Assembly: GCA_965248435.1 (NCBI GenBank)
Contig: OZ252100.1
Location: 2,592,001 to 2,656,000, forward strand
Source of the DNA: Candidatus Latescibacterota bacterium
GTDB lineage: Bacteria > Latescibacterota > UBA2968 > GCA-2709665
Reading direction: 5' to 3'
DNA length: 64,000 nucleotides
The position numbers and the translations under genes were made by a program. Below, one piece after another: positions 19,059 to 28,677 of this stretch; the stretch's first letter is position 1, and each line of letters begins with the position of its first letter. The notes under the pieces were generated by a model, which was given only the letters and a program-made list of their open reading frames with translations, made no database searches and was not told where the DNA came from.

Positions 19059-19712
19059 ATGTTCCGAACGATATGTTCAGCGCTGCTCGTCGCGGCTGCG
19101 CTCCTTGGGATGACCCTGAACCCGGCCATCGCCCAGGAGGAAGAGGAAGAGGAGCTCCAGGCGCTCACGTTCCCTGACGCGCTGAAGGGGCAGTTTCAGG
19201 CCATGCTCCGGGCCGAAAAGGCACACAAGCAGGCCAAGCTGCAGCTCCTGATGAACACCCAGCAGTTTCTCGGCGTCGCCAATGGATACCTGCAGAATGC
19301 GTCTGAACCTGAAAGGGAGATGCTCGGCAGGGTCCTGATGATGGTCGTGGGCGAGAGGAGTCACCCTGGCGAAGGGGGCCCTGCAGGCCAGAAAGGGGTT
19401 TTGCCAGTACCGCCGCCGATGCCGCGAGGCGGAACACCTGCCGGGCCACCACGGCGCGGCCCGAGCGTGCGCTCCGGTCCGCCCTCGCAGCCCCAGGCTG
19501 GCCCGAATGTGCAAAGAGGCGGAACGGCACCTCGTGCGCTGATGACTCTGGATCTGAACGCCATCATCCTTCAGATTCCAAAGAAAGAGGGCCAGATTCA
19601 GCAGCAAATCCAGCATCTACAGCAGGGGCTGCAGAATTACCCTGGCGATGAGTGGATTCCGGGAGCTCAGTGGATCCCTGGCTCTGAGTGGATGCCGGGA
19701 GAACAGCGGTAG
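19059..19712 (+). CDS. Secreted hypothetical protein with Pro/Gly linker and C-terminal WxPGxx repeats
   Basis: AGGAGG RBS, signal peptide ending AIA, tail YPGDEWIPGAQWIPGSEWMPGEQ. Confidence 0.75.
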   Translation: MFRTICSALLVAAALLGMTLNPAIAQEEEEEELQALTFPDALKGQFQAMLRAEKAHKQAKLQLLMNTQQFLGVANGYLQNASEPEREMLGRVLMMVVGERSHPGEGGPAGQKGVLPVPPPMPRGGTPAGPPRRGPSVRSGPPSQPQAGPNVQRGGTAPRALMTLDLNAIILQIPKKEGQIQQQIQHLQQGLQNYPGDEWIPGAQWIPGSEWMPGEQR

Positions 19713-19853
19713 GATATCAAGAAAGCTCGAACAAGAAGAGGCCCCGGGACATCCCAGGGACCAATGGGATAGTGATTGGTTTACGGGAAGCGACTGGTTG
19801 CCCCGGCAGCGAATGGTTTCCTGGAATGGCGGACCGGTAATATCAAACAGATC

Positions 19854-20010
19854 GTGATGCATTCTGAAATCCCCCTCAATCCCCCTTTAGGAAAGCATGT
19901 CCCGAGCTTGCCGTGGAGGGGAAGAATCTATTTCTGGATGGGTACTCTTTCAGCAAGAGCAACCTTCCCCCTTTGGAAAAGGGGGGCAGGGGGGATTTGT
20001 TCCCACGTCA
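19854..20010 (+). repeat. ~130-bp REPIN/MITE-like element, copy 2, nested module in left arm
   Basis: Colinear with 17550-17706. Confidence 0.8.
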
Positions 20011-20040
20011 GCCTGAAGAACGAATGCATCTCAAAACAAT

Positions 20041-20071
20041 GGCCCCGGGACTTCCCATCCCGGGGCCTTTT
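20041..20071 (+). terminator. Intrinsic terminator between convergent genes
   Basis: GGCCCCGGGA/TCCCGGGGCC stem followed by TTTT. Confidence 0.7.
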
Positions 20072-20094
20072 GCATTGCTCCATGATTCCAGTTC

Positions 20095-21798
20095 TTACGT
20101 CACCTTGTTCCCATAGCTCTGGGCGAACACGATTAAATCACTGAAGTTCACCACGCCGTCCCCCGTCAGATCGAACTGCGCATCCTTCTTGCCGAACGCC
20201 ACCGCGAACATCGTAAAGTCCTTGAACTCCACCTCCCCATCCCCGTCGAAATCCGGCGTCGTCGCGGTCAGGCCGCCGACCCATTCAGGCGGACCGGTCT
20301 CGTCCATCTGTTCGATCGTCGCGGCCGACCGGAACAGGATCGGCCCGCCCGGCCTACCGTCGTTCGCAAAAGGCCGCGACCGAATCTCCCGCCCGTCTTT
20401 GAGTGTCACCACGAGGACCACGTCCTCCGGCTTGGTAGAATCCGTACATTCGAAATGAGCATCTGCTGTACGTGTGTTAGAGACCTCGGGTAGCTCCGGA
20501 TTGAAAGAAAACGACGGATCCACCGTCATCTCATCGGCCGAAAGCGTCGTATACAGCCGGGTCAGGTACGAAAAATCGCGCACCAGGTCCTCAGCGTCGC
20601 GGAGCGGCACGAGGATCACTTCATCCAGCTCCGCAACGAAAACGGCCTGATCGAACACCAGGTCGGTGATCCATTCCCGGTAGAGCTCCATGTTGTTGTA
20701 GAAAGACTGCTCGGCTGTCCCCTGGAGGGTGCCGTCCTCTTCTGCGCGCGCGTAGGCCTCCTCATCCCCACCGAACACCACCTGCAGCACCCCCTGCTCC
20801 AGTACGACAGTCGGCATCGGAATGTGACGGCGAATCAGCGCCTGCGTCTGCGCGTCCCGCGGGAACCCCTGTCTGAACATCTCGTCCAGAAAATCGGCCG
20901 GGTCCTTGAAGCTCTCCAGCAGCTCCAGGTCGAAACGACCTTCCTCGTAGAAACGGCCCTGCATCAGCTCACTCGAACCGGCGTAGTCGGTCGCGAACGC
21001 CTGTCCGCCCGCCTCGTTCGCCGCCTCGGTCACGACCTCCGCGTAGTTCGATCCGCCCCGAAACCAGTCGATCCTGGCCTCGTTGATCTGTACGTGAAGA
21101 TAGTTCTTCGGGATCGCGCGGTTGGCGCCCAACACCCAAACAAGAACACCCATGTCCGGCTCGGCGGCCACGGCCGTGAGGCGAATCGGAATCCCCGGAT
21201 TCTCCGCCGGATACGTCAGCGCCAGCGGCTGCAGGTCGCCCAGCTCCTGGCCGGGCGCCAGTCGCAGCACCACGAAGTAAGCACCCGCCTCCACGTAGGG
21301 CGCGAGAAGCTCGCTGCCCAGCGCGTCCAGATTGTACCCGTTGTCGACCAGCCAGGCCGTAATCGCCTCCGGATCGTCCGAGGTAATCACCGCCGTCTCG
21401 TAAGGCCCGACGCGTTCCTCTGAAACGACCTCCACGTCACCACGTGAACTGGCGACATCCTCCGCGGTCGGGAAGGGAAAGAAGATGTTGCAATCGTTCT
21501 CTTCAAAGTTCAGTACGAAGTTCGGCTGTGTGGCGGACTGGAGCTGCCGAAAGATCTCGTTGTGACTGACACTCAGCTCCGGCAGCGACGGCATCGGCAG
21601 GATCCAGGCGAAATCGGAGGCCTTACCGGTGTACTGGATCTGGACGTGTGTCGTCACCTCGCCCTCACCGGCGACGAAAAGGATCCGTTCACTCACCTGA
21701 TTCGTCGGGAAGATGCGGCAGAAGAACCCGCCGCAGGCGTGGACACGTATCGGGCCCAACATCAGCAGCAGGAAGAGGAGGGACGCGGTTCGCTTCAT
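20095..21798 (-). CDS. DUF2330 family secreted protein with C-terminal dockerin-like EF-hand pair
   Basis: Signal peptide then ACGGFFC, QIQYTG..FAWILP.P, VGPYE, IPIRLT; DFDGDGEVEFKDF...DLTGDGVVNFSD. Confidence 0.85.
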   Translation of the reverse strand: MKRTASLLFLLLMLGPIRVHACGGFFCRIFPTNQVSERILFVAGEGEVTTHVQIQYTGKASDFAWILPMPSLPELSVSHNEIFRQLQSATQPNFVLNFEENDCNIFFPFPTAEDVASSRGDVEVVSEERVGPYETAVITSDDPEAITAWLVDNGYNLDALGSELLAPYVEAGAYFVVLRLAPGQELGDLQPLALTYPAENPGIPIRLTAVAAEPDMGVLVWVLGANRAIPKNYLHVQINEARIDWFRGGSNYAEVVTEAANEAGGQAFATDYAGSSELMQGRFYEEGRFDLELLESFKDPADFLDEMFRQGFPRDAQTQALIRRHIPMPTVVLEQGVLQVVFGGDEEAYARAEEDGTLQGTAEQSFYNNMELYREWITDLVFDQAVFVAELDEVILVPLRDAEDLVRDFSYLTRLYTTLSADEMTVDPSFSFNPELPEVSNTRTADAHFECTDSTKPEDVVLVVTLKDGREIRSRPFANDGRPGGPILFRSAATIEQMDETGPPEWVGGLTATTPDFDGDGEVEFKDFTMFAVAFGKKDAQFDLTGDGVVNFSDLIVFAQSYGNKVT

Positions 21799-21967
21799 AT
21801 CGAATTTATGACGTCTTACAGCAGGTCGGGTTCCCCGAATTTCGATCTACCCTAACCCGTTGCATGACAAGAGCCTGCATCGGTTCTTCTGATGCAGGCC
21901 CTCGAGATGCCCTCTACAAAAACTTTCTCGCCGAGTATTGGGGTGAATTCAGTAGGACACACTTTCT

Positions 21968-22123
21968 TGTGGGACCCGACTCCAGTCGGGGAAAGGGCTG
22001 TCAGCTAGGAAATAGGGCCCGTGCCAAAAGTGCCTATAACCCCTCTTCTGAGATCACCGGCTCTATGATCTGGCACGATTGAGGAAGTGAAGGCCAGTTC
22101 CCGGTCGGGAGACCGGTCCCACA
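21968..22123. repeat. REPIN-like inverted pair (GTGGGA-type REP arms)
   Basis: TGTGGGACCCGACTCCAGTCGGGGAA and inverted TTCCCGGTCGGGAGACCGGTCCCACA, each with an internal palindrome. Confidence 0.6.
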
Positions 22124-22143
22124 CCGATGGCCGGTCACTGCCC

Positions 22144-23844
22144 CTATTTTCCCTTTTTCTTCGCCATCCTCGCCCACGAATCCCGCAGCGTCACCGTCCG
22201 GTTGAACACGAGGCCGTCTTCTGACGAATCCGGGTCGACACAGAAATATCCGAGACGCTCGAACTGGCACCGATATCCCGGCTCTGCGCCCTTCAGGCTC
22301 GGCTCCACGTAGCAGTCGGGTCGAACCTCCAGGGAGTCGGGATTTAGGTTGTCGACCCAGTCGCCCCCCTCCGGCGCTTTCATCGGGTCCGCCACGCGGA
22401 ACAACCGATCGTAGAGCCTTACCTCCACCTTCTCCGCGTGCTCGGCCGACACCCAGTGCAGCGTCGCCTTCACCTTCCGTCCGTTCGGCGCGTCGCCGCC
22501 CCGCGTTTCCGGATCGTATGTGCACCTCAGCTCCACCACCTCGCCGTTTTCGTCCTTCACCGCCTCCCTGCACGTGATGAAATAGGCGTATCGGAGGCGG
22601 ACCTCTCGTCCGGGTGCGAGCCTGTAAAACTTCTTTGGCGGGTCCTCCATGAAATCATCACGCTCGATGTAGAGGACGCGAGAGAAGGGGACCTTCCGCC
22701 TTCCGGCGGACGGGTCTTCCGGGTTGTTGACCGCCTCCATCTCCTCGCTCTTCCCCTCCGGGTAATTTTCGATCACGACACGCAGCGGGTTGATCACGCC
22801 CATCACCCGGGGCGCGACCTTGTTCAGGTGGTCCCGGACGCAGTGCTCCAGCTGCTCGATCTCGACCGTCGTCACCCGGTTCGTGACCCCGACGAGGTCG
22901 ACGAACTTCCGGACGGACTCAGGTGTGTACCCCCTTCGGCGCAGCCCCCGCAGGGAGACCATCCTCGGGTCATCCCATCCCGTCACACCGCCTTCCTCCA
23001 CGAGACGAAGGAGCCGCCGCTTGCTCATCATGCTGTAGGTCAGGTTGACCCGCGCGAACTCGATCTGCCGCGAGGGGAAGATCTCGAGCTCGCGGATGTA
23101 CCAGTCATAGAGTGGTCGATGGTCGATGTACTCGTGCGAGCACAGAGAGTGGCTCACGTGCTCGATCGAATCGCTCTGTCCGTGCGCGAAATCGTAGATC
23201 GGGTAGATGCACCACGCATCTCCTGTACGATGATGCGGCGTCTTCTGGATCCGGTACATCACCGGGTCGCGCATGTTGATGTTCGGCGCCGCCATGTCGA
23301 TCTTCGCGCGCAGGGTCCGGGACCCTTCCCCGAATTCACCCGCCCGCATATGCTCGAAAAGGTCGAGGTTCTCTTCCACAGACCGGTCCCGATTCGGGCT
23401 GTTCCGACCCGGCTCGGTCAGCGTACCGCGGTACTCCCGCATCTCGTCCTGCGACAGGTCGCAGACAAATGCCTTTCCCTTCTTGATGAGACGAATCGCA
23501 TACTCGTAAAGCTGGTCGAAGTAGTCCGACGCGAAGTAGAGACGATCGCCCCAATCGAACCCGAGCCACCGGATGTCTTCGATGATGGCGTCGACGTACT
23601 CTTCTTCCTCCTTGACCGGGTTCGTATCATCGAAACGGAGGTTGCACTCGCCGCCGTGCTCGTCGGCGACCTCGAAGTCGAGTCCGAACGCCATCGCGTG
23701 CCCGATGTGGAGGTAACCGTTCGGCTCCGGCGGAAACCGGGTGATCACCTTCTCGTACCGGCCGTTCTCCACGTCTTCCTTCACGGCCTGGCGGATGAAG
23801 TCGAGGGATCGTTTGCCTTCGGTGTCTGAGGTCTCAGTCGTCAT
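22144..23844 (-). CDS. glnS: Glutamine--tRNA ligase
   Basis: [40 protein letters not shown]. Confidence 0.97.
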   Translation of the reverse strand: MTTETSDTEGKRSLDFIRQAVKEDVENGRYEKVITRFPPEPNGYLHIGHAMAFGLDFEVADEHGGECNLRFDDTNPVKEEEEYVDAIIEDIRWLGFDWGDRLYFASDYFDQLYEYAIRLIKKGKAFVCDLSQDEMREYRGTLTEPGRNSPNRDRSVEENLDLFEHMRAGEFGEGSRTLRAKIDMAAPNINMRDPVMYRIQKTPHHRTGDAWCIYPIYDFAHGQSDSIEHVSHSLCSHEYIDHRPLYDWYIRELEIFPSRQIEFARVNLTYSMMSKRRLLRLVEEGGVTGWDDPRMVSLRGLRRRGYTPESVRKFVDLVGVTNRVTTVEIEQLEHCVRDHLNKVAPRVMGVINPLRVVIENYPEGKSEEMEAVNNPEDPSAGRRKVPFSRVLYIERDDFMEDPPKKFYRLAPGREVRLRYAYFITCREAVKDENGEVVELRCTYDPETRGGDAPNGRKVKATLHWVSAEHAEKVEVRLYDRLFRVADPMKAPEGGDWVDNLNPDSLEVRPDCYVEPSLKGAEPGYRCQFERLGYFCVDPDSSEDGLVFNRTVTLRDSWARMAKKKGK

Positions 23845-23906
23845 CGCAGTCTGCTCGAGAAATTGAATATGGAAACGGGGCCCGATGCGCGGGCCCCGAG
23901 CGTTCC

Positions 23907-23980
23907 TGGCTGCCCCTCAGGGATTCGAACCCCGATCCTACGGTCCAGAGCCGCATGTCTTGCCATTAGACGAAGGGGCA
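23907..23980 (-). tRNA. tRNA-Gln(CTG)
   Basis: TGCCCCTTCGTCTAATGG...TGCGG-CTCTGGA-CCGTA...GTTCGAATC...GGGGCAGCCA. Confidence 0.96.
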
Positions 23981-23996
23981 GTGTGTACTCAAAAAT

Positions 23997-25451
23997 TCAT
24001 TCCGCCGAGACGGGCGCCTCCCGGCCCAGCAACTCGATCCCCCTGTGCAGGCGCCTGATGCACGTCTCCCGCCCCAGCACCTCCATCAACTCGAACAACC
24101 CCGGCCCGAAGCCCACACCGCACAGGGCGAGACGTGCCGGATGGATCAGTCGGGCTGGAGAGATCCCGAGTTCTCCGGCCAGGGTCCGCGTCACCCGTTC
24201 TACATCGCCGTCTGTGAACGTGTCCAGTGCCTCGAGCCTGGATGCGAGGGCCTCGATCCGGGCCGATGTATCCGCTTTCCAGTGTTTTTTTCTCGCCTTT
24301 TCCTCGAACGCTTCAGGATCGTCGAAGAAGTAGCCGAACGACAGAAAGTCCTTGTAGGTCTGAATGCGTTCACGCAGCAGCGCGCAGATCCGTATCAGCT
24401 CCGCCTCGCGACCCTCCGCCTCCGCTTCGTCCATCCACCCCGCCTCGACCCAGACCTTCGTGGCGACCTCCGCGAGTTCAGCGGCCGACTTTGTGCGGAT
24501 GTGCTCGCCTTGCAGCCAGTCCAGCTTTTTCTCGTCGAAGATCGCGTCCTTCTTCAACATCCCCTCGACCGAAAACGCCTCAACCAGTTCCTCTCGCTGG
24601 AACAGCTCTCGGCCCTCCTCCTCCGGGGCCCAGCCCAACAGCGCGAGGAAGTTGTAGATCGTCTCCGGCAGCAGCCCCGCCTCGCGGTACTCGGTAACCG
24701 TCGTCGCGCCGTGGCGTTTGCTCAGCTTTTTCCCGTCGGGTCCCAGGATGAGCGTCGTATGCGCGTAATCCGGAACGTCATATCCGAGCGCCTTGAACAG
24801 AAGGATCTGCTTCGGCGCATTGGACAGGTGGTCCGCCCCTCGCATCACGAGCGTAACCCCCATGTCGTGGTCGTCCACCACCACCGCGAGCTGGTAGGTC
24901 GGCGATCCATCCGCTCGCAGGATGATGAAGTCGCCGATCTGTTCGTTCACCCAGACCGAGTCTCCCCGGATGAGATCCTCCCACGCCGTCTCCCCTTCAG
25001 GGACCTGGAACCGAACCGCCGATGGTGCCCCTTCCCGTTCCCTTTCGTCCCGCGCCTCCGGAGTCACGTCCCGGCACGTCCCGTCGTACTTGACGTGACG
25101 CTTCTCCGCAATCGCCTGCTTTCGCTTCGCTTCAAGCTCGTCAGGCGTGCAGTAACACCTGAAGGCCCGTCCGCCCTCAAGAAGCGCCTCGGCGGCCGCT
25201 CGGTGGGCCTCCGCGTTCCCTGACTGAAAGACCGGGTCCCCGTCGAACGCGATCCCGAGCCACGCCAGGCCGTCCAGGATCGTCTGTAGGGAATCCTCCG
25301 TGAAGCGCTCCCGGTCCGTATCCTCTACACGAAGGAGCAGACGACCCCCGTAATGGCGCGCGTAGAGGTCGTTGAAGACAGCCGTTCGCGCATTCCCGAC
25401 GTGAAATCCGCCGGTCGGCGACGGCGCAAACCTGAGAATAGGATCGGACAT
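23997..25451 (-). CDS. gltX: Glutamate--tRNA ligase
   Basis: RFAPSPTG.HVGN, RVEDTD, RGADHLSN, KKLSKR. Confidence 0.96.
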   Translation of the reverse strand: MSDPILRFAPSPTGGFHVGNARTAVFNDLYARHYGGRLLLRVEDTDRERFTEDSLQTILDGLAWLGIAFDGDPVFQSGNAEAHRAAAEALLEGGRAFRCYCTPDELEAKRKQAIAEKRHVKYDGTCRDVTPEARDEREREGAPSAVRFQVPEGETAWEDLIRGDSVWVNEQIGDFIILRADGSPTYQLAVVVDDHDMGVTLVMRGADHLSNAPKQILLFKALGYDVPDYAHTTLILGPDGKKLSKRHGATTVTEYREAGLLPETIYNFLALLGWAPEEEGRELFQREELVEAFSVEGMLKKDAIFDEKKLDWLQGEHIRTKSAAELAEVATKVWVEAGWMDEAEAEGREAELIRICALLRERIQTYKDFLSFGYFFDDPEAFEEKARKKHWKADTSARIEALASRLEALDTFTDGDVERVTRTLAGELGISPARLIHPARLALCGVGFGPGLFELMEVLGRETCIRRLHRGIELLGREAPVSAE

Positions 25452-25472
25452 GGAATCGAGCAGACAAAAAAG

Positions 25473-25564
<92 letters not shown>

Positions 25565-25649
25565 GGGTCGCGAAAATAACAGATCAAACAATACTATACG
25601 CAAATATAGGCAAAATCAAGGCCAAACCATTTGGAAGCGAGGGGAAAAT

Positions 25650-25737
25650 TGGCGGTGGGGGTGGGATTCGAACCCACGGACCCGTGAGGGTCAACGGTTT
25701 TCAAGACCGTCTCCTTCAACCGCTCGGACACCCCACC
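25650..25737 (-). tRNA. tRNA-Ser(TGA)
   Basis: GGTGGGGTG...ACGGT-CTTGAAA-ACCGT, long variable arm, GTTCGAATC, GCCA end. Confidence 0.96.
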
Positions 25738-25783
25738 GGTCCTCCGAACAAAAGGAGCGAGTGCTGACAGCCCAGCGAAAAAT

Positions 25784-25811
25784 AGTATAGAAAAGGGGCT
25801 GTTTCTGTCAA
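25784..25811 (-). promoter_or_regulatory. Sigma70 promoter of the tRNA-Ser/gltX cluster
   Basis: TTGACA-16 bp-TATACT on the minus strand. Confidence 0.7.
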
Positions 25812-25900
25812 GGAATTTGTCCGTGAACGGGGCGACGAACCGCACGCCTTTCCGCCTTGTTTTTACCCGCTTTCAGGCGGTTTTCGCACCTAAATAACGG

Positions 25901-25929
25901 TTGCTTTGAGTGGGAGATTCCCGTATTAT
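25901..25929 (+). promoter_or_regulatory. Sigma70 promoter of the acpS operon
   Basis: TTGCTT-17 bp-TATTAT. Confidence 0.6.
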
Positions 25930-25965
25930 TATTTCAGTTTTTAACCGATTCGAACAGGCATCCGG

Positions 25966-26349
25966 GTGATTAGCGCCATCGGAATAGACCTCATAGAAAT
26001 CGATCGAATCCAGGCGGCGGTTACCCGATGGGGAGATCGGTTCTTAAACCGGGTTTATACCCCGGCCGAAGTTGCTTACTGCTTCAGAAAAGGTGAAAAC
26101 TACCCCTCTCTGGCCGCCCGATTTGCCGCCAAAGAGGCCGCGATGAAGGCTCTGGGCACAGGTTGGAAGCGAGGGGTGCGCTGGGTGGATCTCGAAGTGA
26201 CGCGTAAACCGGGTTCCGCGCCGCAGATGGTTCTGCACGGTCGGTCCGGTGAACTGGCTGCGGGGCGCCGTTTCCTGGTGAGCCTCACGCATACCGATAC
26301 GCAGGCCATTGCTGTCGTGATCGCCGAGGCACCCGAGTCCGGGGTCTGA
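25966..26349 (+). CDS. acpS: Holo-[acyl-carrier-protein] synthase
   Basis: GIDLIEIDRI, AARFAAKEA..KALGTG, VSLTH. Confidence 0.95.
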   Translation: MISAIGIDLIEIDRIQAAVTRWGDRFLNRVYTPAEVAYCFRKGENYPSLAARFAAKEAAMKALGTGWKRGVRWVDLEVTRKPGSAPQMVLHGRSGELAAGRRFLVSLTHTDTQAIAVVIAEAPESGV

Positions 26350-26351
26350 AT

Positions 26352-27956
26352 GTGCGGCTGGCCCACACCAAGCTGGTAACCTCTTCGCAGATGGCCCGGA
26401 TCGACAAAAGGGCCATAGCCGGCGGCATTCCTGGAAAAGATTTGATGGAGGCGGCGGGTTGCGGTGTCACCCGCGTCGTTACGTCCCTCCTCGGAGATCT
26501 CCAGAACAAGAACCTGATCCTCCTCTGCGGCAAGGGTAACAACGGAGGAGACGGATTTGTCGTTGCACGTCTAGCGTCAAGCGCAGGGGCGAGCCCTCAA
26601 GTCTTCCTCGCCGCCTCCGAAGACGAGATCACCGGCGACGCCCGGATTCATCTGGATAAAACGAGGGACTGCGGCATCCAGATCACGGAGGTGCGCGAAA
26701 GGGCCGACCTGAAACAGGTCGAGCAGGCCGTTTCAAGCGGCCACGCGGTCGTCGATGCACTCTTGGGGACGGGAATACGGGGCGGTGCGAAAGGCCTGAC
26801 CGCAGACCTCATCGAGATGTTGAGTCGGGCAGCCTGTCCGATCGTCGCCGTAGACGTGCCCTCGGGCCTCAGCGCCGACACAGGTCGGGCCGAAGGTGCC
26901 TGCACGCAGGCCACCTGCACGGTCACGTTCGGGCTCCCTAAGATCGGGCAGTTCTTCCATCCCGGTCGAGGCCTTTCGGGGCGGCTCAACCTGGTAGACA
27001 TCGGTCTTGAGCCATCCGCGGTTGAGGCTGAAGACGTTAAGACGTATCTTTTAGAAGATCGGCTCGCCTCGGAGCTTCTTCCTGCGAGGAAGCCGGACGC
27101 GCACAAGGGTAGCTGTGGTCGTGTCGTCATCGTCGGCGGTTCAGTCGGCCTCACGGGCGCCCCGACACTCTCGGCGATGGCCGCCCTCAAGTCGGGGGCC
27201 GGCCTGGTCACAGTCGGCGCACCCGAAAGCCTCAACGATATCTTAGAAGTAAAACTCACGGAGGCGATGACGCGTCCCCTCCCGGAGGTCCGGAGAACCA
27301 GGTGCCTGGCCCTCCGTGCGCGGGGCGAGATCAAGAAACTCCTTGAAGGCGCCGACGCCCTGGCCCTGGGTCCCGGGCTCGGCACGCATCGTGAAACCGT
27401 CGAACTTGTCAAACGTCTGATCCCGAACGTTGAAATCCCGATCGTGCTGGACGCAGACGGTTTGAACGCCCTGGCTGGAGATCCCGGTCATCTGAAAACC
27501 CTGACCTCGCCCGCGGTTATCACACCCCATCCAGGTGAATTCAGTCGGCTGACCGGAACTGAGGTTTCGAAGGTCCTGGTAGATCCGATAGAGGCGGCGA
27601 GCGGTCTCGCACAATCTACCGGGGTAACGGTCGTGTTGAAAGGGGCACCGACCGTTGTGGCCACACCCGACGGGAAATCGTTCGTCAATTCGAGTGGAAA
27701 CGCGGGGATGGCCACAGGCGGCTCCGGAGATGTCTTGACAGGCGTGATCGCTGCGCTGCTCGGCCAGGGCCTGGTGCCGGAGGAAGCGGCCTGTCTGGGT
27801 GTCTATCTTCACGGTCTAGCGGGAGATCTGGGTGCCGAGAAGGTTGGCGAGGCAGGCCTGGTCGCTCGCGATATCGTTGAATCGCTGCCTCGAGCCGAGC
27901 AGCAGATTCGAAGCGGGAATGACAGCGGCCGCTACATTCAGTATGTTTCAACCTGA
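26352..27956 (+). CDS. nnr: Bifunctional NAD(P)H-hydrate epimerase/dehydratase
   Basis: LMEAAG, GKGNNGGDG, DALLGTG, HKG..G, LDADGL, TPHPGEF, MATGGSGDVL. Confidence 0.95.
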   Translation: MRLAHTKLVTSSQMARIDKRAIAGGIPGKDLMEAAGCGVTRVVTSLLGDLQNKNLILLCGKGNNGGDGFVVARLASSAGASPQVFLAASEDEITGDARIHLDKTRDCGIQITEVRERADLKQVEQAVSSGHAVVDALLGTGIRGGAKGLTADLIEMLSRAACPIVAVDVPSGLSADTGRAEGACTQATCTVTFGLPKIGQFFHPGRGLSGRLNLVDIGLEPSAVEAEDVKTYLLEDRLASELLPARKPDAHKGSCGRVVIVGGSVGLTGAPTLSAMAALKSGAGLVTVGAPESLNDILEVKLTEAMTRPLPEVRRTRCLALRARGEIKKLLEGADALALGPGLGTHRETVELVKRLIPNVEIPIVLDADGLNALAGDPGHLKTLTSPAVITPHPGEFSRLTGTEVSKVLVDPIEAASGLAQSTGVTVVLKGAPTVVATPDGKSFVNSSGNAGMATGGSGDVLTGVIAALLGQGLVPEEAACLGVYLHGLAGDLGAEKVGEAGLVARDIVESLPRAEQQIRSGNDSGRYIQYVST

Positions 27957-27978
27957 CTAAACTGAGAAGGTTGAGGGA

Positions 27979-28497
27979 ATGCCGAACATCCGAGAAAGCA
28001 TAGATGAGATGATCGAGGAGTCCTATCTCCTCGGGCTGAGCGAGAGTGAGATCAAGGCCGATCTGGACCGCTTTGTGGAGATCTGCGGCCGCGTGATCCA
28101 CGAAAACATCGACGATCGAAAGCAGATGCAGGTTTTGGCCGAGAAACTGGCCAGGGCCAGGGCTCTCGGCCTGATCGAGGATAACAGCGAAGGCGAGGAA
28201 GAGGAACCTATACCCGTAGAAGGCACCGTAAAATCGTCCCGCCAGAAGTTTGCTCAGAAAGTCGCCCGAAACAAACGCCTGATCCTTCGGACGATTAGAG
28301 ACTGCGACCCGAAACTCGAGCGGCTCATCGAACAGCAGCGATTTCCAGACGGGACCAAACGTGAACTCGCTCAGGCGCTTCCCATTAAGATGGCATCCCG
28401 AAGCCGGGTCAAAGATCTCCTCATGAAGACCTGCTACGCGGTCACGCTGCTCCTTGTGCTGTTGCTGGTCTACCTTGTCCTCCTGCAGAACATATGA
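27979..28497 (+). CDS. Hypothetical protein with C-terminal transmembrane anchor
   Basis: GAGG RBS, charged helical body, terminal AVTLLLVLLLVYLVLL. Confidence 0.65.
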   Translation: MPNIRESIDEMIEESYLLGLSESEIKADLDRFVEICGRVIHENIDDRKQMQVLAEKLARARALGLIEDNSEGEEEEPIPVEGTVKSSRQKFAQKVARNKRLILRTIRDCDPKLERLIEQQRFPDGTKRELAQALPIKMASRSRVKDLLMKTCYAVTLLLVLLLVYLVLLQNI

Positions 28498-28530
28498 TCG
28501 GGAAGCCCCGACAAACCGTTTCCGCCATTC

Positions 28531-28565
28531 GCCTGCGGTCACCCCGAAGGGTCGCAGGCTTTTTT
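28531..28565 (+). terminator. Intrinsic terminator upstream of carB
   Basis: GCCTGCG..ACCC-CGAA-GGGT-CGCAGGC followed by TTTTTT. Confidence 0.7.
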
Positions 28566-28582
28566 GTGGCTGCCCAGAGGAT

Positions 28583-28648
28583 CAGACCGCAGACCGTAGA
28601 CGGCGGGATGAATAGCTTGATTTTTTCGATTTGAGTCGTCCGCGGTCA
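28583..28648. repeat. Heptamer-arm REP-like element, copy 3
   Basis: CAGACCGCAGACCGTAGACGGCGG-GATGAATAGCTTGATTTTT-...GTCCGCGGTC. Confidence 0.65.
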
Positions 28649-28677
28649 TAGATAGCTTCATCTTAGGTCACAGCCGC

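Noticed and set aside
22071-22086. TGGCACGATTGAGGA as a sigma54 promoter
   Set aside because: The -12 GC is missing and no + strand gene follows.
28498-28677. PyrR-type attenuator upstream of carB
   Set aside because: A terminator is present, but I could not find the PyrR-binding consensus or a convincing antiterminator.
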